From Halorarum halobium (GTDB lineage: Archaea; Halobacteriota; Halobacteria; Halobacteriales; Haloferacaceae), in the NCBI RefSeq assembly GCF_032116555.1, contig NZ_CP134949.1, positions 3,038,001 to 3,102,000 of the forward strand: a DNA stretch of 64,000 nucleotides, in the 5' to 3' direction. The position numbers and the translations under genes are program-made. This document shows, piece after piece, positions 46,282 through 56,168 of this stretch; positions within the stretch are counted from its first letter, which is position 1, and each line of letters begins with the position of its first letter. The notes below the pieces were generated by a model. It saw only the letters and a list, made by a program, of their open reading frames with translations, searched no databases and was not told the origin of the DNA.

Positions 46282-47115
46282 TCACCGCATCGCCGTCACG
46301 GAGACGTCGCCCGTCTCCGTCCGGACGGTGAGCGACGGGCCGCCGTCGCCGAGCGTCCCGGTGACGACGTGTTCGGCCCGGGTCGAATCCGAGAGCTCGA
46401 GCCCCGAGACCGACACGTCGCCCGTCTCCGTCCGCACGCTGAGTTCCGCGCCGACCGAGTCCGCGACCGCGAGGTCGACGTCGCCGGTCTCGGATTCGAT
46501 CCGCGTGTCGCCGGCGAGCGCGGGCGCGTCGACGGTCAGATCGCCCGTCTCCGTTCGGACGTCGCCGAGCACGTCTGGCGATCTGATCTCGACGTCGCCG
46601 GTGCTGCTCTCGCCGGTGACGGTGCCCGAGACGCCGTCGATGGTCACGTCACCGACGTCCGTGGTCGCGTCGAGGTCGCCGGCGGCGTCCGTCACCCGGA
46701 GGTCGCCGACGTTCGTCGCCGCGCGGGCGACCGCGAGCGAGCGCGGCACCCGGACGTCCAGCGACATCGAGGGACGGCCGCCGAACAGGTCGCCGCCGCC
46801 GGACCACTCCGTCCGGAGGACGAGGCGGCCGTCGGCGCGCTCGACGGCGAGCGAGAGCTTCGAGACGTCGGCGGTCACGGAACTGGACTGCTTGACCGTG
46901 TGAACGCGGACGTCCGAGCGGTCGGCCGCGCGGAGCGTCACGTCGCCGACCTGCCCGACGACGGCCAGCGACTCGGCGTCCTCGAGCGCGACGGTTCTGG
47001 TCTCTTCCTCCCGCGTGCCGACGAACGGCGTGAGGCCGGTACAGCCGGCCAGCGAGGTGAGGGCAGCGGCGGCACCGCCGGCGAGCAAGCGCCGCCTCGT
47101 TGGGTCGTGGTTCAC
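46282..47115 (-). CDS. DUF4097-like beta-strand-repeat Tat lipoprotein
   Basis: 'TRRRLL...LAGC' and repeated 'T.TGD(V/L).V' units. Confidence 0.8.
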   Translation of the reverse strand: MNHDPTRRRLLAGGAAAALTSLAGCTGLTPFVGTREEETRTVALEDAESLAVVGQVGDVTLRAADRSDVRVHTVKQSSSVTADVSKLSLAVERADGRLVLRTEWSGGGDLFGGRPSMSLDVRVPRSLAVARAATNVGDLRVTDAAGDLDATTDVGDVTIDGVSGTVTGESSTGDVEIRSPDVLGDVRTETGDLTVDAPALAGDTRIESETGDVDLAVADSVGAELSVRTETGDVSVSGLELSDSTRAEHVVTGTLGDGGPSLTVRTETGDVSVTAMR

Positions 47116-47335
47116 GCCCGAACCTACTGCACGCCATCACTTATAGCGGGACCGACGGCTGTCCGTCGGCCAAGGCGTCCGAACGTTTATACGTGGTCGT
47201 GGAATCGCCGCCTGCGTTCGCTGCATCGAGCCAGCACCCGCCGGCATCGCGGTCGGTCGTCTCTGGCCACGATGCCTCCGGCGTCACGTGGCCGTCGGAC
47301 TCCCGGGTTCGGACGGACCCTCGCGGGACCGCGTC

Positions 47336-49183
47336 TCAAAACGAGACGACGCCGGAGATCTCGAACCGCACGCCGCCCGCCTCCGACTCGGTCACCGACA
47401 CCGTCCAGCCGTGCGCGTCGGCGATCTCGCGGACGATGCTCAGCCCGTAGCCCGTCCCCGTCGCGGAGTTCGTGTAGCCGCGCGTGAACACGAGCTCCGG
47501 CTCGTCCTCGTCGATGCCGGGGCCGTCGTCGGCGACGAAAAAGCCCGACTCGTCCGGGAGCGTTCCCACGGTCACCTGCACCGCCGGGCCGGCGTGTTCG
47601 ACCGCGTTGCGAAACAGGTTCTCGAACAGCTGCCTGAGCCGGTCGGGGTCCGCCTCGAACCGGAGGTCGGTCTCGCCGGTGAGGCCGGCGTCGTCCTCGG
47701 CGACGACCTGCCAGCTGTCGGCGACGTGGGGTCCGAGCGAGACGAACTCCGTGTCCGTGACCGGTTTCCCCTGTCTCGCGTATTCGAGCATATCCTCGAC
47801 GGTCGCTTCGAGCCGCGAGAGCGCGTTTCGCGCCTCCTCGACCTGTGTCTCGGTCCCCCCGTCGGCCGTGTCGGACGCGAGCTCGAGGCGGCCGTCCGCG
47901 ACCATCAGCCCGTTCTTCAGGTCGTGTGAGACCATGCTGGCGAACTCGTCGAGCAGGTCGTTCTGCTGGCGGAGCTGTTCCTCGCGCCGGACGCGGTTCA
48001 GCGCGGAGACGACGTGGCCCACGAGCAGTCGCGCGAGCTCGTAGTCCGTCTCGTCGAACGACTCCAGCTCGTCGGAGACGGCCTGGAACACGCCGACCTC
48101 GCCGATCGGGAGGCTGAGCGCCGAGCGATACTCCCCCAGCGGACGCACGTCGTCGCGCTCGCCAACGTCCTCGACGCGGAACCCCTCGCCCGTCCGGTAC
48201 GTCTTCCCGGAGAGCCCCTCCTCGACGGGCATCTCGCCCACGCCCTCGGACGGGACGTCCTCGGAGACCTCGGCGGGGACGAGGAGGCCGTCGCGTTCGA
48301 CCGAGAACACGCACATGTCGAACGCGAGCACCTCCGTCGCCATCTCGACGGCCGTCTCGTACACCTCCTCGCGCGTCTCGCAGGGCTCCAGCGCGGTCGT
48401 CGCCTCGTGGAGCGTCCGGAGCCGCCGCTCGTGTCGCTTGCGTTCGGTGATCTCGCGGCCGAACATCGAGAGGCCGTCCGCGGACGGGTAGGCCCGGACC
48501 TCGAGCCACGTCTCCGACTGGGTCTCGGACTTCCCGACCACGGTCGTGGGCTCCTGGGTCTCCATCGCCTCCCTGTAGGCCGGGAGGAACGGGTTCGCGT
48601 CGGTCACCTGCTCGGCCGCGAGTTCGAGGTAGTTGCTCCCGATCAGCTCCGAGCGCGACCCCTCGAACCCGTCCAGCGCGCGCTCGTTCGCCTCCGTGAT
48701 CCGCCAGTCGGAGTCGACCGCCATGAAGCCGTCAGTGATCCGCCCGAGGATGCGTCGCTGCTGGCGGGTGATCTCGGCGACCCGTTCGGTCGCGCGGTAG
48801 TGGTCGACGGCCGTTCGCACCCGGTTGGCGAGCAGGTCCCAGTGGTCGTCGCCGCTCCCCTTCCGGATGTAGTCGGTGACGTTCGCCGAGATGGCGTCGC
48901 TGGCCACCGACTCGCTCCCCTGTGCCGTGTAGAGGATGACGGGGAGTTCGGGGTACTCTTCCCTGACGGCCTCCAGCAGGTCGATGCCGGTCAGTTCGGG
49001 CATCTCGTAGTCGGTGACGAGACACTGCACGTCGGCGAGCCGCCCGAGGTCCTCGGCGATCTCGACCGGCGACCGTGCCGTCTCGAACTCCAGCCCCGGG
49101 GCGCGGCGAGCCACGTTGGTCACGACGAGGTCGAGCAGCGCGTCGTCGTCGTCGACGTAGAGGACCCGGGGACTGTGTGCCAT
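47336..49183 (-). CDS. Hybrid sensor histidine kinase (REC-PAS-GAF-HisKA-HATPase)
   Basis: 'VLYVDDD', 'TDYEMP', H-box 'SHDLKN', 'FENLFRNAVEH', 'DDGPGI', 'GTGYGL'. Confidence 0.92.
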   Translation of the reverse strand: MAHSPRVLYVDDDDALLDLVVTNVARRAPGLEFETARSPVEIAEDLGRLADVQCLVTDYEMPELTGIDLLEAVREEYPELPVILYTAQGSESVASDAISANVTDYIRKGSGDDHWDLLANRVRTAVDHYRATERVAEITRQQRRILGRITDGFMAVDSDWRITEANERALDGFEGSRSELIGSNYLELAAEQVTDANPFLPAYREAMETQEPTTVVGKSETQSETWLEVRAYPSADGLSMFGREITERKRHERRLRTLHEATTALEPCETREEVYETAVEMATEVLAFDMCVFSVERDGLLVPAEVSEDVPSEGVGEMPVEEGLSGKTYRTGEGFRVEDVGERDDVRPLGEYRSALSLPIGEVGVFQAVSDELESFDETDYELARLLVGHVVSALNRVRREEQLRQQNDLLDEFASMVSHDLKNGLMVADGRLELASDTADGGTETQVEEARNALSRLEATVEDMLEYARQGKPVTDTEFVSLGPHVADSWQVVAEDDAGLTGETDLRFEADPDRLRQLFENLFRNAVEHAGPAVQVTVGTLPDESGFFVADDGPGIDEDEPELVFTRGYTNSATGTGYGLSIVREIADAHGWTVSVTESEAGGVRFEISGVVSF

Positions 49184-49308
49184 CGTCCCTACACGTCAGC
49201 GAAGAATCTTATTGCTACCGCCCCGGTTATCAGACGGGAGGTCGACCCGCGCTCGCGGCGTCCCGACGCGGCGCTGCGAGTCGGTGGCACCGAGCCGCGG
49301 GCGACGTA

Positions 49309-50559
49309 TCACGCCGACCCCGCCGGCCGCGTCGCGTCGAGCGCGACGACCCGGCCGTCGCCGTAGATCACGTACAGTTCGTCGGCACCGTCGCCGTCCG
49401 TGTCCGCGAGCGTCGGGTGGGTGTAGATGGGCCGTTCCCTGCCGTACGTCGCCAGCACCTCGCCCGTCGCGGGGTCGACCACCGAGACGAGGCCGTCGTT
49501 CGTCGCGGCGACCACCTCCGGATCGCCGTCGCCGTCGGCGTCGCCCAGCAGCGGCGGGGGCATCATCTGCGTGTCGCCGGTCGTGAGCGTCGTCGCCCAC
49601 TCCTGCTCGCCGGAGGCCGCGTCGAACGCCCGGAGCCGGTTGTCAGCGGCGCCCGCGTACAGTTCGGGCTCCCCGTCGTCGTCGCCGTCGCCGAACGCGT
49701 GGACGGCCGCCAGCGTCCCGAGGTCCGCGTGCCACTGGACCTCGCCCGTCCGTCCGTCGAGGACGCCGACGGTCCCCTCGGTCGTCGCCACGACGAACTC
49801 GCGCGCGGGGTCGTCGTCGACCTGTCCGCTCGTCGTCCAGCCGACGGCCTCGTCCCAGGTGTTCCGGCTCCAGACCGTCGTCCCGTTCCCCTCCAGCAGG
49901 ACCGCCTCGTCCGCGCCCGTGCCGACCGCGAGTTCGGTCGTCCCGTCGCCGGTGAAGTCGCCCGCCTGCGGCGCGCCGTTGGTGATGCCGTCGAGGTCGC
50001 GCTCCCAGCGCAACGTCCCGTCCGGCGCGTAGACGAACAGCGTTCCGGTGACGTCGACGACCGCGATCTCCGGGCGCTCGTCGCCGGTAACGTCCGCGAC
50101 CACGGGCCGCGTGAAGCCGTACTCCGAGAGCGTCTCGCGGAACTCCACCGCGCCCGTCCGTGCGTGGAAGCCGAGCAGTTCGTCGGTGGTCGAGGCGGCG
50201 TACACCTCCGCGGTCCCGTCGCCGTCGGCGTCCGCGATGGCGGGGTCGGCGACGGCGTGGAGCGTGCAGTTCGCCGGGGGGACCCCGTGCTCCCACCGGA
50301 GCGAGCCGTTGCCGGCGTGGAGCGCGGCGAGCCGACACTCACCGGTCCCGCCCGCGCCGCTGATCGGCGCGTACACCACGCCCTCGCCGGCGACGCTGCC
50401 GGCCGCGACCGGGTGGTGGTTCGCCCGGATGTCGGTGCCCGTGTCGCTCACCCAGCGTTCCGAGAGGGTGAGCCCGCCGTCCTGGAGCAGCACCGCGCCG
50501 ACGCCGGCCGAGAGGAGGCCGAGGACGACGACGAGCGTGACGACGGTTCGCGGGCGCAT
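49309..50559 (-). CDS. Secreted beta-propeller protein (PQQ-like / FG-GAP-type repeats)
   Basis: Signal/anchor 'MRPRTVVTLVVVLG', repeated 'D.DGDG..E' and 'DA.TG...W'. Start set at ATG 50559. Confidence 0.8.
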   Translation of the reverse strand: MRPRTVVTLVVVLGLLSAGVGAVLLQDGGLTLSERWVSDTGTDIRANHHPVAAGSVAGEGVVYAPISGAGGTGECRLAALHAGNGSLRWEHGVPPANCTLHAVADPAIADADGDGTAEVYAASTTDELLGFHARTGAVEFRETLSEYGFTRPVVADVTGDERPEIAVVDVTGTLFVYAPDGTLRWERDLDGITNGAPQAGDFTGDGTTELAVGTGADEAVLLEGNGTTVWSRNTWDEAVGWTTSGQVDDDPAREFVVATTEGTVGVLDGRTGEVQWHADLGTLAAVHAFGDGDDDGEPELYAGAADNRLRAFDAASGEQEWATTLTTGDTQMMPPPLLGDADGDGDPEVVAATNDGLVSVVDPATGEVLATYGRERPIYTHPTLADTDGDGADELYVIYGDGRVVALDATRPAGSA

Positions 50560-50661
50560 GCCCGGACCTTCGGGGGAGCACGGATAAGCCGTGTCACCGC
50601 GGCGCGCCGTTCGACGGGCGAACCACCGGGGCTTTTCGCGTCGCCGCCGTACGTCGGGACG

Positions 50662-52140
50662 ATGCGCCCCGGACGGCGGCCGACCGCGACCCTGCTGGGA
50701 GTCCTCCTGAGCCTCCAGGTCGTGCTCGGACGGGCGAGGGCCCACGACCTGAGCACGTCCCGGTTCGACGCGCCGATCCCCTTCCCGCTGCTGCTGGCCG
50801 GCGCGGCCGCCACGGTGCTGGCGACGGCCGCGTTGCTCGGACGAACTGGCGGCGTGCCGACCGTGACGGAGCCGCCCCGGATTTCGCTCCCGGCCCGGCC
50901 GGTCGCCCTCGCACGGTCCGTCGCGCGCGTCGGGTTCCTCCTCGCCGTCACGCTCGCCGTGCTGGACGGGCTGTTCGGCCCCAGCGTCGCCGCCGAGAAC
51001 GCTGTCACCGTGTTCGTCTGGCCGGTCTGGCTGCGCGGGCTGGCGCTGCTCTCGGTCCTCGTCGGGTCGTCGTGGCCGACGCTGTCGCCGTGGCGGACGG
51101 CGTACGACTGGCTCCGTCGCCTCGAAGGAGACGACATCGCGGTGCTCGGGGAGTACCCGAAGCGACTCGCGCGCTGGCCGGCGACGGTCGGGTTCGTCGG
51201 CGGGGTCGGCGTGCTGGCGACGCTGACGCTCGTGCCGCAGTCGCCGCGCGCGACTGCGGGTCTCGTCGCGGGCTACGCCGCGGTCATGCTGCTCGGCGGG
51301 GTCTGTTTCGGGCCGACCTGGTTCCGCCGGGCCGACCTGCTGGCGGTGTTCTACGGACTGCTCGGCAGGGTCGCGGTGGTCGACCTGGACGGCGACCGGG
51401 AGGGTGACGGGGTCGACGGCGACGTGACGCTCGCGGCGCGCTACCCTTGGACCGGCTGTGTCCGTCCGGTCGCCGACGGCTCGCTCGTCGCGTTCGTCGT
51501 CGCCGCGGTCTACACGGTGAGCTTCGACGGGTTCACCAACACGCCGGAGTTCCAGACGCTGCTGTTCGGGACGCGCCGGGCGTTCGACATCGGCCCGGTC
51601 GCAAGCGTGCTGCTGTACGGTGCCGGGCTGGTCGGGTTCCTCCTCGTCTTCGGCGGGGTGGCCTGGCTCGTCGAACGGGTCGGCCGCGAGGCGGCACCGG
51701 GTGGCGGCGCGGAGTCGCGGACCGGCCGGGAGACGACGGACGGCGGCGTGGCCGCCGGGGGGACTGGCTCGTGGCGCGGGGCGGCGCTCGCGTTCGCACC
51801 GACGGTCGTTCCCATCGCGGCCGCCTACGAGGTGGCGCACAACTACCCGTACGTCTTCGAGAGCCTGGGCCGACTCGTGGCGCTCGCGCTCCGCGCGCTC
51901 GGCGTCCAGGTCGGTCCGCTCGAACCGCTAGCTTGGCTGCCGATCGAGGCGTTCTGGGCCTCCCAGGCGGTGCTGGTCGTGGTCGGTCACGTCGTCGCCG
52001 TCGTGGCCGCCCACGGCGTCGCAGTTCGGCGGTACGGCGAGGGGGCGCGCCGCGGGCACGCGCCGCTGTTGCTCCTGATGGTCGGCTACACCGTGCTTTC
52101 GCTGTGGATCGTTTCGCGTCCGGTGGTTTCGTTCGGGTGA
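50662..52140 (+). CDS. Multi-pass membrane protein of unknown function
   Basis: Many TMs, 'AH....RFDAPIP', 'LSPWRT', 'VSFDGF', 'PIAAAYEVAHNY', 'MVGYTVLSLW'. Start set at ATG 50662. Confidence 0.75.
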   Translation: MRPGRRPTATLLGVLLSLQVVLGRARAHDLSTSRFDAPIPFPLLLAGAAATVLATAALLGRTGGVPTVTEPPRISLPARPVALARSVARVGFLLAVTLAVLDGLFGPSVAAENAVTVFVWPVWLRGLALLSVLVGSSWPTLSPWRTAYDWLRRLEGDDIAVLGEYPKRLARWPATVGFVGGVGVLATLTLVPQSPRATAGLVAGYAAVMLLGGVCFGPTWFRRADLLAVFYGLLGRVAVVDLDGDREGDGVDGDVTLAARYPWTGCVRPVADGSLVAFVVAAVYTVSFDGFTNTPEFQTLLFGTRRAFDIGPVASVLLYGAGLVGFLLVFGGVAWLVERVGREAAPGGGAESRTGRETTDGGVAAGGTGSWRGAALAFAPTVVPIAAAYEVAHNYPYVFESLGRLVALALRALGVQVGPLEPLAWLPIEAFWASQAVLVVVGHVVAVVAAHGVAVRRYGEGARRGHAPLLLLMVGYTVLSLWIVSRPVVSFG

Positions 52141-52336
52141 GAACCCCCGCAGGTAGCCTTTTCAACGAAAACGGGACCAGATCGCCCGTGAGTTGACCAC
52201 CAGCTCGGCGGGGCTCGCGGTTGCGCGGTCCACCCCGTCGAGAACCGGCCGAACCGCCCACCGGAACACGATTCGGACCGCCCGTCAGCCCCACCCGGAG
52301 GCAACGACTATATCCCTCCCTTCCCCACGCCCGGAC

Positions 52337-52540
52337 ATGAGCGACTCCTGTGACGCCTGTGGCGACCAGGTCGGCGACCCGCTCGCCCGGAACGTCCGGC
52401 TCTCGGTCGACCGCTCGACCGTCGACGAGCAGCGGCTCTGCCCGTCCTGTTTCGCCGACTGGATCGAGCGCTACGAGGCGGAGATGACCGCCGGATCGCC
52501 GGTCAGCGTCGACGAGGACGGCGACATCATCGTCGACTGA
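52337..52540 (+). CDS. Small zinc-finger (CxxC...CPxC) protein
   Basis: MSDSCDACG...QRLCPSCFADW..., 67 aa, with a TATA-like 'ACTATA' upstream. Confidence 0.75.
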   Translation: MSDSCDACGDQVGDPLARNVRLSVDRSTVDEQRLCPSCFADWIERYEAEMTAGSPVSVDEDGDIIVD

Positions 52541-52605
52541 AACGACACGGGAACGGCGGCCTCCGGCCGCTCCCGCGTCGTGGATTCCCCGCGGACGACG
52601 CCAGC

Positions 52606-54765
52606 CTACTCCGTCGCGTCGTCGGCCGACTCGTCCCCGTCACCTGACTCCTCCCCGGCGCTGAGTCCGTCGTCCTCGGGACGGTCCAGCGCCCGCTCGG
52701 CGTCGTGGTGCTCCGAGTAGCCGTCGAACCAGCGCGCGATGCGCTCGATCCGGTCGACGACGTGGGCCGGTTCGCCCGACCGCGACAGCTCGTGGCCCTC
52801 GCGCGGGTACCTGACCAGCCGCGTCTCCGTCCCCTGCTTGCGGAGGATGCGGTGGAACAGGTCAGCCGTGTTCGCGGGCGTCCGGAAGTCCTGATCGGAG
52901 TGGAGCACGAGCGTCGGCGTGTCCACCTCGTGGGCGTGTGCGACCGGCGACTGCTCCCAGAGGAACTCGGGCTCCTCCCAGGGCGTCGTGTCGTAGTCGC
53001 CCTCGACCAGCTTGTACGCGCCGTCGGTCGAGCCGTAGAACCCGGTGAAGTCGTAGACGCCGCGCTGGGAGACGGCCGCGCGGAAGTAGTCCGTCCGCCC
53101 GACCGTCCAGGAGGTCATGTAGCCGCCGAAGGAGCCGCCCGTGAGGAAGACGCTGTCCTCGTCGACGTAGTCGCGTCCGGCCACCGCCTCGACGCCGGCC
53201 ATGACGTCGGTCAGCGTGACGTTCCCCCAGTCGCGCTCGATGGCGCTCATGTACTCCTCGCCGAAGCCGGTCGAGCCGCGGGGGTTCGACCAGAAGACGA
53301 CGTAGCCGCGCGCGGCCAGCGTCTGGAACTCGTGCCACATCGTCCCCGACGTCGTCCACATCGCGTGGGGCCCGCCGTGGACCTCCGCGACCATCGGATA
53401 CGTCTCGTCCGGTTTCGCGGACTCTGTCCGCTCCTCCGAGGCGCTTCGCGCCTCGCTGAACTCCGGCGGGGTGAGCACCCACCCCTCGACGGGGCCCTGC
53501 TCGGACTCGAACTCGATGGGTTCGGGTTCGGGCACCGCGACGTCGTCGAGATAGTCGGCGTTCAGGCTGGAGAGCCGGCGCTCCTCGGATCCGTCGGCTC
53601 CGGCGGCCGTACCGCCTCCGTCCCGCCCGGGGACGAGGACGAACAGGTCCCCGGGGTGGTCCCACTCGGACTTCGTGATGGCCACCACGCCCTCGCCGAC
53701 GTGTGCGCCGTTGACCGAGCCGCCGCGGTACTCGCGTTCGGGCGGTTCGCTCGCGTCGCCTGGGGCCGACCAGAGCGCCGTCGCGCCCTCGTCGGGCGTC
53801 GAGAAGTACACCCGCTCCCCGTCGGGGCCCCACTGCGGGGCGGCCTCGTAGCCGAGCCCTCGATCGATGCCGGCGGTGACGTCCACGGCCTCGTCCGTCG
53901 AGCGGTCGTACACGTGCAGGTCGGTCGGCTTGATGGACGCCTGCTCGGGATCGGTGTGCAGGCAGGCGACGCGGTCGCCGCTCGCGGAAAGCGCCATCCC
54001 GAAGCCGGTCGTCTCGTGGACCCGTTCGGCTTCGCCGGCGCCTCCCGCGGCCGCATCGTGTGCGTAGATGCTGAACCGGTAGTTGTCGTCCGGATCCTCG
54101 CCCAGATCCTTCGCCGCGTAGAACAGCGTCGTCTCGTTGCCCCACGTCGGCGCGGCGTGGTCCACGTCGCCGTCGGTGAACCGTTCGATCCCGTCCCCGT
54201 CCGACCCGTCCGTGGCGGCATCGACGTCGAGCACGTACACGTGCGAGCGCTTCCCGTCGAAGTACTGCCGTCCCGAGCGGAACACCGTCCGGTCGATGAC
54301 GCGCGGGTCCGGCTCGTCCGCTTCGTACTCCTCGGGGACCGCGAAGTCGCGTCCCTCCTCGCGGTCGTCGGCGGTGACCGACTGGACGAACGCGATCCGG
54401 CTCCCGTCGGGGCTCCACTCGATGCTCGAGACGCCACCCACGACGTCGGTCACCCGCTCGGCCTCGCCGCCGTCGAGCGGGAGCACCCAGAGCTGCTGGG
54501 TGTCGTCGTCCTTGCCGCGCGTGGAGGTGAACGCGAGGCGGTCGCCCGAGGGGGAGAACCGCGGTTCGGCGTCGCTCCCCTCGGCCAGGGTGAGCCGTCG
54601 CGGCTCCGCACTGCCGTCGGTCGGCGCGACGTACACCGTCGCCTCGTACTCGTCGTCCCCGTCGGGGACGGTCCGCACGAAGGCGACCCGGTCGCCGTCC
54701 GGCGCGACCCGGGGGTCGCTCGGCTTGGCGACCTCGTGGTAGTCGCTCGCCTGAATTCGGTCCAT
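52606..54765 (-). CDS. S9 family peptidase (acylaminoacyl/dipeptidyl peptidase-like)
   Basis: Propeller repeats 'FSPSGD' and 'WSPDGS', 'HGGPH', catalytic 'GGSFGG', 'DFRTP', 'EGHEL'. Start set at ATG 54765. Confidence 0.92.
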   Translation of the reverse strand: MDRIQASDYHEVAKPSDPRVAPDGDRVAFVRTVPDGDDEYEATVYVAPTDGSAEPRRLTLAEGSDAEPRFSPSGDRLAFTSTRGKDDDTQQLWVLPLDGGEAERVTDVVGGVSSIEWSPDGSRIAFVQSVTADDREEGRDFAVPEEYEADEPDPRVIDRTVFRSGRQYFDGKRSHVYVLDVDAATDGSDGDGIERFTDGDVDHAAPTWGNETTLFYAAKDLGEDPDDNYRFSIYAHDAAAGGAGEAERVHETTGFGMALSASGDRVACLHTDPEQASIKPTDLHVYDRSTDEAVDVTAGIDRGLGYEAAPQWGPDGERVYFSTPDEGATALWSAPGDASEPPEREYRGGSVNGAHVGEGVVAITKSEWDHPGDLFVLVPGRDGGGTAAGADGSEERRLSSLNADYLDDVAVPEPEPIEFESEQGPVEGWVLTPPEFSEARSASEERTESAKPDETYPMVAEVHGGPHAMWTTSGTMWHEFQTLAARGYVVFWSNPRGSTGFGEEYMSAIERDWGNVTLTDVMAGVEAVAGRDYVDEDSVFLTGGSFGGYMTSWTVGRTDYFRAAVSQRGVYDFTGFYGSTDGAYKLVEGDYDTTPWEEPEFLWEQSPVAHAHEVDTPTLVLHSDQDFRTPANTADLFHRILRKQGTETRLVRYPREGHELSRSGEPAHVVDRIERIARWFDGYSEHHDAERALDRPEDDGLSAGEESGDGDESADDATE

Positions 54766-54858
54766 ACCGCGGGCCTCGGAGTCGGGTCGGAAAACCGTTC
54801 GGAACCCGGAAGCGCGCGGCACGAGCGTGGACGCGAGCACGCCCGTTTGCGGTGGTCG

Positions 54859-56052
54859 CTACCGGAACCGCGCCGGGTCGAACGCCGACGGGTCGGTGCC
54901 GGGCTCGACGCCCCGAGCCAGGTCCGCGACGACCGTCCCGCTGTACGGGCCGAGCGTGAGCCCCGTGGGGCCGTGACCGGTCGCGAGGTACGCGCCCTCG
55001 ACGTCGGGCACCGGACCGATGATCGGGAGCCCGTCCCGCGAGACGGGACGGAGCCCGACCCTGGTCTCGACCGGCTCCGCGTCGGCGAGCCCCGCCGCAA
55101 CCCGGAGCGCCTCGCCGTAGACGTCGTGCAGTCCGGCGAGCGTGGCCCGCGGGGCGAAGCCGGTGTCGTCCTCGCGGGTCGCCCCGACGGCGACGCGGCC
55201 GTCCGGCCAGGGGACCAGGTACTTGTGCCGGAACGGGCTGACGATGGGCCAGTCGGCCGTGTCGGCGCCCACCTCGGCGGCGGTACCGTGGCCGCCTCGG
55301 GCGTCGACGTCCAGATGAACGATCTGGCCGCGCTGGGGTTCGACCGGAATCTCGAGGCCCAGCGCGTCCGCGAACGCGCCGGACCACGCGCCGCCGGCGA
55401 CGATCACCGCGTCGAACTCGCGGAACTCGCCGTCGGCGACGACGCCGGTGACCGCGGGGTCGGATTCGGCGGGCGCGTCGTCGGTGCGGACGTCGGTCAC
55501 GTTCGCCGCCTCGACCGAGAGGCCGTGCGTTTCGCCGGCCTCGCGGAGCGCGGCGGCGAAGGTTCGGCCGTCGACCCTCGCCTGATCGCGGTACACCATC
55601 GCGCGCTCGGCGTCCGAGAGCGGCGGGAACAGGTCGCGTGCGTCCTCGATCGGGATCTCCTCGAACGAGTCGGGCGCGGGCGTGCCGTACTCCTCGGCCC
55701 GTCGTTCGGTCCGTCGCCTGGCGGTCTCGAACGGCTCCACCTCGTCCTCGTCGACGGCGACGCTGAGCAGGTCACACGAGCCGTAGCCGTGATCGGTGAC
55801 GCCGTCGGCCTCAAGGCTGGCGACGAGGTCGGGGTAGTGTGCGGCCGCCTCGACGGCGAAGGCGAACCACGGCTCGGAGTCGGTTCGGCTGCTCGTCGCC
55901 GGCGCGACGATGCCCGCCCCGGCGTCGGTGGCTCTGCCCTCGTCGCGGCGGTCGAACAGGGTCGTCTCGACGCCCTCGCGTGCGAGGCGGTACGCGGCGG
56001 CCGAGCCGACGATGCCGCCGCCCACGACGGCGACGGAGTCGGGTTCGTTCAT
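54859..56052 (-). CDS. FAD-dependent oxidoreductase (D-amino acid oxidase/glycine oxidase family)
   Basis: 'VVGGGIVG', 'ATDAGAG', 'PQRGQ', 'GLRP..DGLPIIG', 'TGHG..GLT'. Confidence 0.9.
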   Translation of the reverse strand: MNEPDSVAVVGGGIVGSAAAYRLAREGVETTLFDRRDEGRATDAGAGIVAPATSSRTDSEPWFAFAVEAAAHYPDLVASLEADGVTDHGYGSCDLLSVAVDEDEVEPFETARRRTERRAEEYGTPAPDSFEEIPIEDARDLFPPLSDAERAMVYRDQARVDGRTFAAALREAGETHGLSVEAANVTDVRTDDAPAESDPAVTGVVADGEFREFDAVIVAGGAWSGAFADALGLEIPVEPQRGQIVHLDVDARGGHGTAAEVGADTADWPIVSPFRHKYLVPWPDGRVAVGATREDDTGFAPRATLAGLHDVYGEALRVAAGLADAEPVETRVGLRPVSRDGLPIIGPVPDVEGAYLATGHGPTGLTLGPYSGTVVADLARGVEPGTDPSAFDPARFR

Positions 56053-56168
56053 GCGTGGTGGTGTCGGCCGAGCCCCCTGAAGCTACGTGCCGGAGCGGAG
56101 GCTGCCGGTTCCGGTCGGGACGGGGTCGACGGTTCCGGGCCGGGGTTCGGGCGTCACTGGGTCCCGGG

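Noticed and set aside
49075..50661. Apparent 1021-aa protein (49075..52140 +) and 843-aa protein (49309..51840 -)
   Set aside because: The N-terminal halves are shadows of the opposite gene. The plausible starts are 50662 (+) and 50559 (-), so these are not fusions.
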